Positions 12,301 to 26,070 of a stretch of 64,000 nucleotides of DNA are shown here, piece by piece. The stretch's first letter is position 1. The number at the start of each line of letters is the position of its first letter. The notes beneath the pieces are model-generated. The model had not been told where the DNA came from, ran no database searches, and saw only the letters and a list, made by a program, of their open reading frames with translations. The DNA is from Blasia pusilla (Eukaryota): contig CM114271.1 of assembly GCA_050084515.1 (NCBI GenBank), forward strand, positions 9,920,001-9,984,000, in the 5' to 3' direction. Both the position numbers and the translations under genes were made by a program.

Positions 12301-15300
12301 CCATCATCTCTACTATGCAACGCCTTTCTGCTCTTCTTGACCTGCATAAAATCATTTACATCATACGGCATCTTGCTAGATAAGGGCAACTGATCAACAC
12401 TGTTGTAGCAGGGTATGGGTAAACTCTCTAGCTTCAGGCCATAAGAAGCTAGATTTTTCTCATCACCATCATTTGGCTCATTCTCAGGCTTTGTCAGTAT
12501 GTTGGTTTCTTTCATCTTGGTGGCGTAAGTATGCTTTAGTGCAACACTTGCACATAGACAGTCATCCAAACTCTTGTGGCCCTCTGCGGAAAAATTCCTC
12601 ATGTTCTTATCAGAACTTGGAACCTTTCCCAGTTTTTCCTCTTCGTCGACTACCCATTTCTTGGTCTTCAGCTTTCGCTTCGCCGTAACTGTACTCTCAC
12701 CTACTCTAATATCCAGATTTCGTGACCTCCTTGAGGCAATAGGCTGCTTTTCACAGACTCCTGCTCTCCTAACTTTAACCTTACTTCTTTGGTCAGGACC
12801 ATCACCTACTCTATCAAAATTAGTCTTTCCAAGGCTCACACTTCTCTTTCTTGGCAATTCACTTTTCTGTGGTTTAATTGCTTCGCCATCTACTGCTACA
12901 TCATCACAAACTGGTAACACCTCAGAGCCCTGCCATTCTTTATAACCCGTAGTTTCCATCCTCAGTCTCCGTTTTGCCTGCGGCTCACTTAAGACTTGTG
13001 CACTGTTTCTTGGCATAGGATGCATCTCCTGCATGGCCATTTTCCTTTCAGAGTCAGATTTCTTCCTGGATGTCTGCTTGCTGTTTGGATCATTAGACCT
13101 GCCATTGTATGAGAGATCGACACTGAAGGGCATTTTCTTGAGTTTTAGTAATTTCCTGAGCATACTAGACTTAGGTCTCACTTTAATGGAGGTCAAAGTG
13201 ACTGGTGACTGGTCAGATGAGGTTGACGAAGGTCTGATGGCAGTCTTTGATTCTGGAACATCCTGCTTCACCAGAACAGCCAAATCTTCGATATAGTTGG
13301 TTTTCTTCAATCTCAAACACTTTTTGTTTTGCACTCTACCATCATCTTCTTTGCTACAACCCAAGGCAAATGAAGACTGGTCAGAACTCTTAGATTTCTT
13401 TGAGAGCAACTTCTCTGGTTTCGATCCAGATAAGTGCAGTTTACCCTTCCAGTGAATGGGCTTTGAAGAACATGAAGCATTCCTCATTTTCTCTGCAGAA
13501 TCCTTCAAATGTACATCACCACCAACGTCATCAAGACATGACCCAACCATGACTTTCTCAATGCGCCCCCCATCAGGACCGTGTGATGGACGAACTTCTG
13601 CATGTAGATCTGCTTGGGAGGAGGATTTCTGTTTGTCTGGAGTAGAATCCTGCATACAAGGTACACTTTATATCACCAATGTAGCACATCCCAATAACCA
13701 AGAACCATACCTGGTACTTGCATAAATAATTGCAGTCATTGCTTTCTTTTCCATTACAAGGTTAAGAGCAAACACATGAGAACCTACCAAAGGTGTAGAA
13801 TGTGTCCCTGGGCTATTGAAGAACTCTTCCAAGCCCAGTGATGCATGTAGCTGAGAAACTGGACGTGACTGCCAAAATGGACTCACATAGTGACTTGCTT
13901 TCTCAAGTTTGGTAGTTGGCAATGTAGGATTCTGTACACGATCAAAACCCGGAGGGCATGATAAACAGTCTTCATCTCTTGATTGAACAATGTTCGGGGT
14001 ACTCTGTAGGATGATGTCACTAACCTGAACAGCACATCGGACAGGAAAAAAGAAAGTCTTTTCTTTCAAACACACACAAAAGTCCCTCATGAAGCACATC
14101 ATCAATACAACACTCTCCATAATACTGAAGAGGTTTAGACATTACTGCACAACACCGAGAGTGCTCCTTCAATATGATGTCTTGATGTGTCCAGATTCTT
14201 ATCTACTAACCAAGCAGGGTTCATTCAAATATTTGATGGAGCCATACAGGAATAAGTTCCAAGAATTTTCCAGCCTCTTTCAACTCCAAGGAACATACCT
14301 CCCTCGTGCCACACAAAGAATCCCCAACCTCATTCACTGGTGTGGGCACAGACTTTCCTGGGTGGCCAGCTCTCAAGTCATTTCTTCTCTCAAAACCAAT
14401 CAGAGGGCCAGCTCCTTCATCAAATCTCTCTCCACAAAACTTTTCTGAAGAAAACCCTCTTTCTGCACATTCATTGATTCCATGATCGTGCCTTGCTGTT
14501 TGGCCAGATCGTTTCTCCATCTCATGAAATAAAATACCATTTTGCATCATTGAGACTAGATTTTCTAGACGTGTAGGTTCCAGACGTGCATGAACATCAT
14601 GAATCTGCACAATGATCCAACAAACAGTCTTCCATTATTTCAGAGAAAACACACTAATTGCAATTACAAAGCTCGACTCTCTGATATCCACACAACGAGA
14701 GCTGACAGGTAGCTGACATACACGCAAATTGTCATTATCACAAGCCAACAGCATTCTCCCTTGAAATTTCCCGGAAACGCAGCCACATTCAAAAAGCAAC
14801 CAAAAGCCTGAGAAAAATCACCCAACACAATAATTCGAATAATCATGTTTGGAGTCATGCTAACAAGTTGGATAATCCAACTAGACACTTCAAGAAAGAT
14901 ACTCTGCTCAATACCTCCAAAGACCCATAAAGGTGACCAAAGTGTAACCAATGCAGAAGCTGTGAGAGACAAAATGGACCTTCCATACCACCTAGTCCCC
15001 CATATTTCCACCTGAGCTCCCTCCAACCCTGCAACCATGAGTTATCAATATTCATGGTAGCAGAAATTCAAAACTAGTTTTCAATAAGATTTGAAAACAG
15101 AAAACATTACAAAACACAATTAGCATAGTGCATCCTCTCCACATTCTTCTTTCAATTAGAGTCCAAAACCACTTCCAGTTGCCAGTGAATGCCACTGACA
15201 CACCCATATCCTAGAATATCAATGTCAAAAATTAGTCATAAATCAAAATACCAGAGGCAAGAAAAAAAATACAGTGATCAATACCTGGTCCTCATGTTGG

Positions 15301-16770
15301 AACCCAATTTCATAGCCTTCAGCAACTGTGAAGCTTTGAGCTGGCATCGGTGGCCTTCCACCTATGCCTGCTTGAGACCCTGCAGTAGAATCTGGTGGTG
15401 TGCCGTTTGTAGCAAGATAAACTGGTAACCCTTGCCCATGGGAAGGTACCAAGGCGTTATTATTTGGAAAAAACCTACCTCCAACTGGTGGCCCCCCACC
15501 ATAGCTGGGAGGTCTTTCATGGGAGGAAAGAGATGTGTTCTGTGAAAGAACCCCCCAAGGTGGTCCACCAGGAACAGACACAAACGGTGGCACTGATGGA
15601 ACATTTCCAGAAGAGGAACCATGGAACCCAGGAAAACACCACGATTCGGATCCTGTATGTGAACCAAATGGAAGAGTTGAATTTCTTGAGCCAGGATGTG
15701 CAGAAGGAAGGTGAACAGGTACTCCTGACTCTACCAATGCCGGTGATGTTGCACCAGGGTATTGCATTACAGAGTTCTTGCCATAACACCCGCCAGCCAC
15801 ATTGATCTGTGTGCATGGAGGCAAATATGGCATGGGCTGCTGGGCAGTGCTCATTGGATAACCTGGCTGTAAATTAGTTTTCAAAACCAAAGAGGGCTGC
15901 CCTGTATAATAAAATTTTCCAGCTCCTCCTCCATCAACAAGGACCTTCAGAGTTTTCACAACATCCTTGCTACCAACATGGAAAACTGGCAAATCTTCTG
16001 GCAAAAACCCACAACTCATCCCATCCGCAAGCTGCTTCAATGGGTAAGGTCCACTCATGCCATTATTATTATTGCTATACATCCAAACCGCTGATGTCCA
16101 GTAGGATGGAGATCCTGGAAACAAAGGCAATTCTTCACTCTTATAGAATGCTTTTGACTCTTCCGTTGGGCCATTTCTTCCATGTTCCTTTTCCCAGGCC
16201 GATAGGGTAGAAGCGAATCTGGTCACATTTCCTGGTCGTTCATCAAACGAATGCCAACTGAAACCACTGTTTTCTGGGCAGTACATCTCCACAGGGGAAC
16301 TGTCACATCACATGATACAACCATACATATTAAGTTGTTAATTGTGTCTTTCTGGTCATCACTTGTCTCCCTCTCGCAAATGGCAATAAAGTGGAATAAA
16401 AGATGAAGTTTTTGATAAAATATCAAAACCAGAGCCCACAACTTTAAAACCGAAATTTAAAGTTGTGGGCTCTGGTTTCAATAAAGAACCGAATTTTCCG
16501 GAAAATCTTTCATCAATTTTAAAGAAATTTCAAGGAACCATCAATTTCAGGCTTGAAATATCTGGTGTTTCAAACAAAGTACCTCTCAATCTCGTTAGTT
16601 TCCTTCAAAGTAAGCCCACTTCCCAGTTCTCTGACTCTTTCACTTTCAGAAGAGTCTTTGTAATTCTCCATAGAACTCCAGTGAGGATTGTGAGCAACTC
16701 TTCCCGACTGGTTCAGATCCACAACTGGACTATCTGGAATCTCCATCACTTTCTTGGCATCACTGCCATG
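9399..16770 (-). CDS. ATXR7: SET1-class histone H3K4 methyltransferase, ATXR7/SDG25 type, multi-exon (5' boundary uncertain)
   Basis: Two GYF-like exons ([43 protein letters not shown]). N-SET region [15 protein letters not shown] and [31 protein letters not shown] exons [18 protein letters not shown]...[34 protein letters not shown], post-SET CCCGSSR. Final mini-exon CRGFMN-stop at 9420-9399. GT/AG boundaries seen. Confidence 0.92.
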
Positions 16771-17304
16771 TAAACTGGCCTCATAAGTAACCCAGATCTT
16801 TTCCGCTGGCTACACAACCAGAAAGACAAAGATTACTCACTGGTAGTCTAGAGAACCACAGCATTATGAATGCAAATCTTACCCTATAGAAACAAAAGTT
16901 CCCAGAGTTGTGCAACACTTGAGAGTGCCAATGGTGACACAATACCCCAATTTCTTCCCACCTAACAGCACCAAACACACGTGAAGAACATACAACATGA
17001 AATATGCAGGAAAAATTCCCTGGATGACAATGATAATGATTGCAGCAAATATTTGGCAGGTTCCAAGATGGAATGCTCACTGATTGTCATGAAAGGAACC
17101 CCAATATTTAAGAGGAAAGAAATTGCCACCAAAAACTCTGTTACTCTATATCCAATCTTTGAGCAGGTCGAACTGTGAGGTGGGTTGGAGTGTTCTCTTG
17201 GATTTCTTCTTGGTTTTCTTGATTTTGCATGTGGGAGGGAAATGATAGCCTTAAAACCTCTGGCTAGTCCTTTACTATTGGTAACTTCCATGGCAATTGA
17301 TCAT

Positions 17305-19346
17305 CTATGTGACATTAAAAGTGAGCAAGTTATTAAGTACCTCTGAACGCCCTTTACAGTTCACTGACTGATCCTGGTCAGGCCCAGAAAGGTCCACCTG
17401 AATTGCTACAGCTAATACTTTCACATCTGGTGGAGAGCGACCTGTCATGAAGGATGGAGACACAGATATCCCTGGAGGGTTTGAGAGTTCCACAGTCGAT
17501 TTCTCTTTAGCAATTTCTCTCTCACTTGAAGTTCTTGACTTTAATGGTAGGATTTCTGCGTGCGTGCCCTCACACTCGTCAATCTTGTGTACGGTCCTTG
17601 CACTCAAAAATGAACTATTGCTCACAGTCCTGAAGTCCACCCCATCACTCAAAGCCACACAATCCCCTGGAAGCCTCTTTGAGAAAGGACCAGATTGGCT
17701 GTTCGCCTGCAAATGCAACTAAAATCTGGTCAGAAAGGGTTTCAGGCCAATAAGCTCACTAATTCAATTGCAAATAGAATCTAGTGACAAAATAATAGAT
17801 AAGACAAGTGTCACGAAAGTAATTACCTGAGTTGGAAAAGATAACCTTGAGAAAACAGATCCAGACCTCTTTGCACTGGCACTCAATGAGTCATCTGCCA
17901 TCAATAACCACCACAAAACTGGTGCCAGTGAGTAGACTACAAACATAAATGAATGTATGTCATCCACTAACACCAAACTACAATTGGAAAGAAAATTAAA
18001 ACTTGGGTTTTGACTAGCTAAACAGACGAATCGTTGGTCCATATGGGTAAGACACAAGTGAGAAGCACTCAAAGAAAATAAGACTTCTACCCTGGTGTCA
18101 CAAACAGAAACATCGCAACAGATAAAACATACAATAAGTTAAAAAGAGTCAGAATTTCACACTTATAGACACACTTAAAGCTTGGATAAAATGTTAACAA
18201 TAGGAAGGTTCATTAATGCATACCATCTTGGGACTCTTCAAAGGTGGACCACATGCGCTTTAAGATCTTCTCTCCATTTCTGCTCTTCTCTCGATTGTTT
18301 GTACTACAGAGTCTGCATATTGAAAGAATCACTGATGACCTCCTTCACATTTTGAGTGACGTCCCAATATTCCCCTCAAGTTGGCAGCATCATCAAGACC
18401 TACTGATGTGCAGCTATTCACATGGTGATAATCCAGAAGCCAGAAAAGTCCTCTTGCTCATATTTGTGTGGATCCCATGAGAATTACTTGGTTGAACTCT
18501 ACTACAATGAGAGAAAGCCTGAATTGCTGAGGATTTTGTGAACTCTACCGAAAGTAAATTAGAACTCAGTACTCATTTGAGACTCGTCAACTCAACTTGG
18601 AGAGCTCCTTGACCATATGTAGCCTGTGACTTCTCCCACTGGGAACCTGGTATTATTCTTTCACTCAGAAGGGAAAAAGCTTACCTGGTCAAAGGATTCA
18701 AGGGGTAGCACAGGTCGTCCGGCTCATTTGAAGTATCCCCATCCTGAAATTGACTGCAAACCTGTACAGACGGATGCTGGAAATAATTATCAGTACAGGA
18801 ATTGCTGCCAAGTCGACCACGTAATTGACCCATTTGTCTCTTACTCTGCTTGTCTCTGTAATTTGTACCACCTTTGGGAGGAACAGACTTCTCTTCACGT
18901 TTCCAGATACTATCGGGTGGTGGTGATTGACGATAAGCTCTGCCTCTATCATTCTTGAAATTTGAATGGTATCTTTCCCCAGGGTGACCACAGCGTCCAC
19001 TCTCATCCTTTGTGTAACACTCCTCTTGATGAGCCTCTTGGCTGGCCTCTCTACTCCAACTTCTACCTCTGGAAGAACTCTGGTTCAATAAATAATATTG
19101 TTTCCGTTTCTCTGCTCTGCTCTCCGGGAGTCCATCCTTCCAGTTATGATTCCGACCGCTATTTCTACCACATGGTCTTTCAACCGGTCTCCAGTACTGC
19201 TGGCTATCCACCATATCCTGCGACTTGGAACATTTGTCTCGAGCTTCCGTATCCCCCTGACCCTCACGCTCTGTTCCAATTTGAATCTGATCGTCATCAC
19301 CCGCCCATAATTGCCACCTGTCTGTGATCCCAGCTTCGCCGTTCAT
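17305..19346 (-). CDS. Upstream low-complexity coding exons: 5' part of the ATXR7 locus or a separate gene
   Basis: ATG-initiated ORF 18681..19346 preceded by a TTTTTCAG acceptor and ending at a GTAAG donor. Further open stretches at 17827-17901 and 17305-17718. No recognisable domain. Confidence 0.5.
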
Positions 19347-21012
19347 TTTGCCTTCTTTTAAGACCTGAAAAAGGAACCTAAAATGCTCACAAAACCTAAA
19401 CCAAAAAATTCCAATTGACCGATTCTCCTGCGCTCAACCACCGCGGTTCAGAACTACCACGCGGTTGAAATTCTAAATCCAAGCTTTCGGCCACCTGAGC
19501 GCAAAAATCGTAAACGGCAACAGATTCAAAAAGCACTTTAATTTGGCCTTCACCGTTTGGTGACAATCGACACCACGAACCAGGGGACAGAGGAGGCATG
19601 GGGAGACCGACAGGAACTGTCATTATGCTTTACATTGCACTTTCCCCAGATTCCTAAACCCGCTCCAATCCTCACTCAATTACTACTCCCTTCAACTTTC
19701 CCTTCACCATCGCTGCGCGCGCAAACGTCTCAGTTATCGTCAAGCCCACAGAAACCACCGACGCCAATTCCTCTACCTTGAAGCACTTTCCTCAAACGTC
19801 TTTCCTCTCATCCTCTACTTCACAGTGGCATCAAACAAACGCACAGCAGAGATCGGGCCACAATTCCAGCAACGAACTCACTTACCCGCCCGTAGTTTCT
19901 GTACTAGGCAGGCAGAAAAAGGGACGCGAGCCCGCTCCTCACCACTCAACGATGACATGGAAAATTCATAAACAAATTATTCAGGTTTTGATCAGCATAC
20001 GATTCAAAAAACTACTTCGCCAACTCTAGTAATTCAATCTTTAGAGAGCAACCAGTAACAGCGAGAGCTAGGGCTAGCGTACGACGACCTCATCGTCTAC
20101 CATAACATGACGCACTCCCTCCCAGCAGCCTCCGAGCCCTAAGCTTCGCTCACCTACAGCTTTCGCGGCCCGGCAGGTGCACACATAAGACAGTCAGCGA
20201 GAGAGGCATCGGAAGGCAGTGACCGTAGAGTGTAGTGTAACGTAACCTAACATAACGTGCACTAGGAAGTGGGCACCACCAAGGTGCGTGTGGACTTCGG
20301 ACGGGTTCTTAGGACCGGCCGCAACAGGGTCGCAGCGACCTTCGTATAGCCCTTAGTTATTTTCTTCTGCCGGTTCCCGCTAGATATAGCAAAGTCGCAC
20401 ATATTTGTGCAAATATGTGCTATATCCATCCGAATACCCTTGTGGGTCCCATGAATCTTATCCGTGTAACGAGATCCGGAACCATGGGTTTGGGTTTTGG
20501 CAACGACCTCATGACTTCGGCCGCATTGGACCGGGTCCTTATTCGTTCGTTAGGCGTCACACTTAGGAAGATGTAATTTTTTAACCATTTGACCGTAAAA
20601 TAAGGACGACTTCCATTTATGTGATATGAAGTTTACTTTTGTGATTTTCAAGGCGGGTGAGTAAATATACACGCACAGTGGTCGTGGACGTCAGGCCAAA
20701 AGAGGTGAGTGTCCACCTTCGACAGCACCCCGCACCCACGGAGGGAATTTGGCCAAAAAAACTACCAATTCTGACGTTCGACCCTACAGTACGTTTCTAA
20801 TATGCCCTACTAGGGCCATACCTCACTTTCCGTAACGTTTTGTACGTCCAAATCCCATTTGGAATGGGGGATGCTGTTGGTAGTGGAGGCATACCCCTCT
20901 ATGTCATGTGGTAAGGAAAACGCCCCACAAGTCGCTCTTGCACGAATTGCCTTATTGTTGTTCCGCTTGACCAAACTACCCTGTTCTCCTCGTCTGGTTC
21001 GCTTGTTAAGCT

Positions 21013-21232
21013 TGTCACGTCTATTAGGATAGATCGACGAGATCTAGTAGAGGGCCTTCGGAGATACTGGAGGACAGCCTCAAGAGGTCGAGGATGACAT
21101 GATGATGCTGCCGTAACCTGAGAGAGCATGTTTCCCCTTCGTTTCGGCTCATTTGGAGCCATATTGAGGATCTTATTATTTTGGGTAAATTACCATTTAT
21201 GATATAGTTTACTTTCCACTTTGGGAAGTGGT
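21013..21232 (+). repeat. Older 'A' terminal repeat, left part; resumes at 32386-32523 after the nested element
   Basis: Starts TGTCACGTCTATTAGGATAGATCG, like 21233. Broken at AAGTGGT; the continuation TGGCCATTGACCCAC...AAGAGCCAAGGAGG starts at 32386. Confidence 0.8.
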
Positions 21233-23529
21233 TGTCACATCTTTTAGGATAGATCGATGAGATCTAGTAGAGCGCCTTCGTGAGTAGTGGAGGACATGCT
21301 CAGTAGGTCGAGGATGACCTGTTGAGGCCCCGAGAAACCAGAGAGAGCAGGTTTTCCCCTTCGTTTCGGCTCATTTGGAGCCATATTTAAGAACTTACTA
21401 TTTTAGGTAAGTACCATTTTGAATATATGTTCAACTTTCTATTTTTGGTAAGTGGCCCTTGACCTCCTACATCAGGTCAAGAGCCAAGGAGGTGACTTGG
21501 GAGCATAGGTTACCATGGAGAGAGTTTGGGAGAGGGGAGGGGTATACCTCAAGGAGAGAGAGCTTGAGAGCTCATTCTCTCTTTGTTGAACCTCTGGGCA
21601 TAAGGCGACGGAGCTATGGTCCCTTGCCTTGTGAATGTAACCCAAGGCTCTCATTAGGAGAGTGGGTTTGGTTTGACATGAGAGAGAGTGCACACCTTTG
21701 AGAGCTATGGTGTGAGATGGTGTAGAGAGAGATTGGATCTTACTTTACAAAGAGAGAATGAGAGAGTGAGAGAGCTTCATGGGGAAGCTCGCTGGTCACT
21801 CATTGTTTTTGCAGGTTGGGGACCGTGTTCCCTGTTCAACGGCTCATGGGAGTGCTCACCAGAGCAAGGGTTGCTTTGATTGTTCTTTGCATTTGCCGAT
21901 TTTTGGTGTGGAATAGTGGCACGGGAAGCGCTTCCCAATTTCTGATAGGGATTGATTATGGGGGCGGGTTGCCCCATGTCGGCGCTCTTGGGGGCACCAT
22001 GTAGCTTGCTGATTTTTATTTTTATAGGTTTTATATTTTTGTTGGGAGAAATCGGCGAGGAAGCACTGCCAAATTTGTGTAGGAGAAAAAGATATTGGAC
22101 TTTACGGCAGTCCCTGTTAGTTTTTACTGGAATGTTCGATTCTAAATATTTTTTCGCATTATTGTAGATCGTAAGTTGTGCATGCTCTGCAACAAACAAT
22201 GCGCAATTTGGAGTTGTGAGCAAAAAGTTATGGTCAATCTTGCAAAACTCCCATTGCTAGGCGATTTTTAGGGTTAAATTGTTCAAACCCTAAACCAGCC
22301 GCCACGCCGATGGCGGCCGTCACTGTAATAGTCGCCGTCAATGGTCAACCGTCACCGTCATCGGTCGACCATCATCATCAATGGTCAATCGTCACCGTCA
22401 ATGGTCCACCGTCTGTTGTCCACCCTTTGGTTGCCATTGCCGCCATTACGGAGTGGAGGGTCTTCCACGACGTTCGTTGATTCTCTGACTTGCGTCGCCA
22501 CCACGTACTTTGTTTTGGCCTCCACCATCATCGTAGTTTCGTCATCAACCAGTGATGGTAGATGATCTCAGGTTATGGTGTTTGAGTTTTGATTTCATGC
22601 TGCTATGTTGTGATTGGTAGCCGTTCGACAACGATCAAGTATCGTGCCGTGACGCCCGTAGCCGCAACGTGCCGTCTGTTGCTGCGCCGTGCCGCTCGTG
22701 GCCACACCACATCGTCTTGATCATGGAACCACTCCTTCACTAAGGAGCAGAGCGTGTGAATTTCTAATTGAGGAGGGTATGCCGCCGAGTGCCGTGCTGT
22801 TTGTAGTCATTTCGTGCCCCTAGTGCCTCCTCAATGTGCGGTGTAGGTCGACCTACACCGCACATCGAGGAGGTTAAGCAGCATCACTACGAGAGGAGTA
22901 CGACTTGCTGATTGGAGGAGTTGTCTTCAGAACCGAGTTGGGGTCGAGATTTGCAGTTGTTGAGGAGCGACATCGACATGTGTTCAGGTTACCCATTATG
23001 GTCCTCTACCCTGCACGTGTGAGGGATTCTGGGATTTGAGTAGTTTATTTGGGGATATTGGGTTGTGTGGATGCTGAGATCATCATTCATGTATGTGGTT
23101 TAGGGGACATAGACATGTGTGGAATGTCCGGAGTTGAGGTTAGGTTGTCGATGAGATGATAGCCTGGTCGATTTGCTGCACCACGCCGTGTGTTGCCTCA
23201 CGTTACACGTCTCGGGGAGGAAGAGTGTAGATCGAGTGCCACATGTTTGGGATGAGTGATTGAGGGATTACTCACGAGGTTGAGAGTGATCAGGTGAGAG
23301 GGGCACGAGGGTCATCACGGCATCCATTCGGGACTTTGAGAGGCGAGGTGGTGCACCCGAGAGTAGCTCTAGAGGTTTTACACGGAGTGGCACGAGGTTG
23401 CGAGGGTCTCCACGTGAGGGATCCCCTCGACCTCCTTCTGTGTCATCGTAAGACAAGGGGGAGGGTGTAGAGGAGTTTGTGAGCACATCGCCACACATTG
23501 TGCGTGGTCCTACTAGTTGGGCGTACGAG

Positions 23530-24432
23530 ATGGACAACCAGGGTGGAGGACCGCGTAGGTTTTTAGGTGCAGTAGGCACGATTGAGTTGCACGATTTCAT
23601 GGCAGAGTTTAGGAGTTGATGCGACTCCCAACAGGCTAGGAACTCTAGAGAGTTCAACCCGTTTACAGCACGGAATGGTATGTTCCAGCATTTAGAGGGG
23701 GCGCCCATGGACGATTACCATGAGTTCTCCCACAGATATGCCCAAGAGATTGAGGCATGGCGACTCTACTATGACCCACACTATGTGTCATGGACAGAGT
23801 TGTTCCCAAATGAGGAGGAGGAGTCAGGAGAGGCTACTTCCTCTTCCACTAGTGATGTTTTATGAGGGGTCACTCGCAATGGAGTAGTTGCACCATCTAG
23901 TCGGGTTTGTCCCAAGTTCAACCCCATGGTTGAGTTCTTCGCTGAGTTGAGAGCCAGCTACCAAGGGGTACGGACGGTGAAGTTGCGGAGCATCCACGAC
24001 TTCCAGAGGCGCCCGGGTAAGAGTTTACGTGAGGCTTACACTTGCTTGCGTCGGTTGATCAACGTCACTCAAGGATGACGGAGGCTCAGGCTATCCAATC
24101 ATGGTACGCGATGTTGGACCGGACCCTGCGGACATGGACTCCGAGATAGGTCAACTGTGGCACCACGAGTTAAGGGAGGATACTGGGAGGCCGTGCCACA
24201 GAGATCTGCGCCTTCATATGCGGCTCAGCAGCAGCCGCCTACTATTACTTGTTGGTCATGTGGTGGAGCTCATCATCAACGTGATTGCACTCGTCAGGGT
24301 CATGGACATGCGCCTCAGCAAGGAGGAGGAGATGGTGCTGCATCGGGAGGTTACCAGTGTGACTATTGTCAGAGGTATGGTCATACACGCGCCAAGTGTC
24401 TCAGTTTACATCCTGAGTTACGTCCGGACTAA
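23530..24432 (+). pseudogene. gag with two CCHC zinc knuckles
   Basis: CWSCGGAHHQRDC and CDYCQRYGHTRAKC in ORF 24157..24432; the upstream reading frame is broken by stops. Confidence 0.8.
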
Positions 24433-26070
24433 GGGCCAGAGAGGGCACCAGAGTGAGTAGTCAGTCCGAGTGGGCCTAGAGATCGTGCACCAGGTAGTCC
24501 CGTTGGGGGACGAGGAGCTGGAGTTGCCCGACATGGTGGTGGAGCTGCCCGTTGAGGAAGTAGAGTACCACCACCTAGACACGCCAAGGGAGACGTTGGA
24601 TGTGAGGCTAGGATGGCTGCTCAGATATAGCAGCTACAAGAGCAAATTACCGCTATGGCATTGAGGTTACCCAATGCCGGATCCGTGGCATCGACATCAT
24701 ATGGAGCAGCCAGAGATGTGGAGAATCTTGGTTGGATGTGCGGGGTTGCCAAGATGGAGGCCGCCGCAATTATGACGCGTGGATCAGCCATAGAGTTGGA
24801 TCCACAACGAGGGGAAGCCAGAAGCTTTCACGTTGTCTGAAGCGATGAGGACCCCATCGATGGGTCCTCATCAAAGTTCCTGGAGAGTTGGTGATGTTGT
24901 TGGTGTGCAGGCACAGAGGGCAATGGGAGAAGCAAGTGCGACGACTCCAATTGTTGATGCTCATGAGGGGCATGTGTCGAGCACATTGTTGGAGGCGGCC
25001 ACCGTTGTGTACCCCGCTCCTTTATTTTCTGCTTCCAATATTATGACGTTGGGGGATACGCCCGCCGAGGCTTTTCGGTTGGCCGCTTCACTATGTGAGC
25101 GCGGAGTTGGAGTTCCTGCATCACGTTTAGAGGTGATTGCAGAGGAGGTGATGGACTTGCCCTTGGAGCGGATGCTCGGGCCGTCCACGTCAAATTCATG
25201 GCAGGTTGTGGCTGCTAGGATGGCGGAGACGCCCGCTAGACCTGCGATAGAGCGTGCCATGGCTTCTCCTGGTGTTGTGTTGCTGGATAACCCAGGAGAG
25301 GTCTTCCAGTTGGTGAGTCCCGGAGGTAGAGCTTTTAGTCCACAGCGTGTCTGGTTGGATTCAAGAGCGCAACCCCTGATGTTGGGGAAAGCGTCATTCA
25401 GAGGATTGGGCTTGACGAGAGCTGATATGGAGCGTTGTCCATTCTAGATATAGACATCCTTGGATGGAGCGATTACCACACAGTATATCACCCGACATGA
25501 GGTCATGGTGAGGATTCGCCCGGGACATCCTACAGATGAGTCCGTGGTACGAGCCAAGGCGATAGTGATTGATGCACAGTCCTAAGACGTCTTGGTTGGT
25601 GGAGCAGTGTTATGCTCAATGGGGTTTTCCCTAGATTACTGGGAGAAGTCAGCATCCTACGGACCAGAATGGCAATCAGGTGATGGGCGCCTTAGCTCAT
25701 TACCCGTTTGATTCACAAGTGCAGTGATCGAGCGACGGCCAGTAGAGGTGGCGACCTTAGCAGCATTTAGCAGTGCCATCACTTGGCCTAGTGATTTGAT
25801 TGAGGGACATGTCCATGCAGAGGATACTCCCGTTCCTGACATTTCTATGGAGAGGAGTGTTATGGTAGTCGCATCATTCCGTGGAGGAGAGGTGCCATTG
25901 TGGGGCTCAATTGAGGAGCTTCGACGATTGGCAGATGAGCACCTACAGACCGCGTGGAGCGAGGCATTTGCACCGAAGCGTGATGGGTCTGAGGAACCCA
26001 AGGTAGCACGGAGTGCTACAATGATACCCTTGGATATCATACCCATTGTGTGGTGTATCTCGGAGGAAGG

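Noticed and set aside
20397-20420. Short palindrome GCACATATTTG-TG-CAAATATGTGC upstream of the ATXR7 locus
   Set aside because: A single 11-bp-arm repeat with no supporting context; it cannot be told apart from chance.
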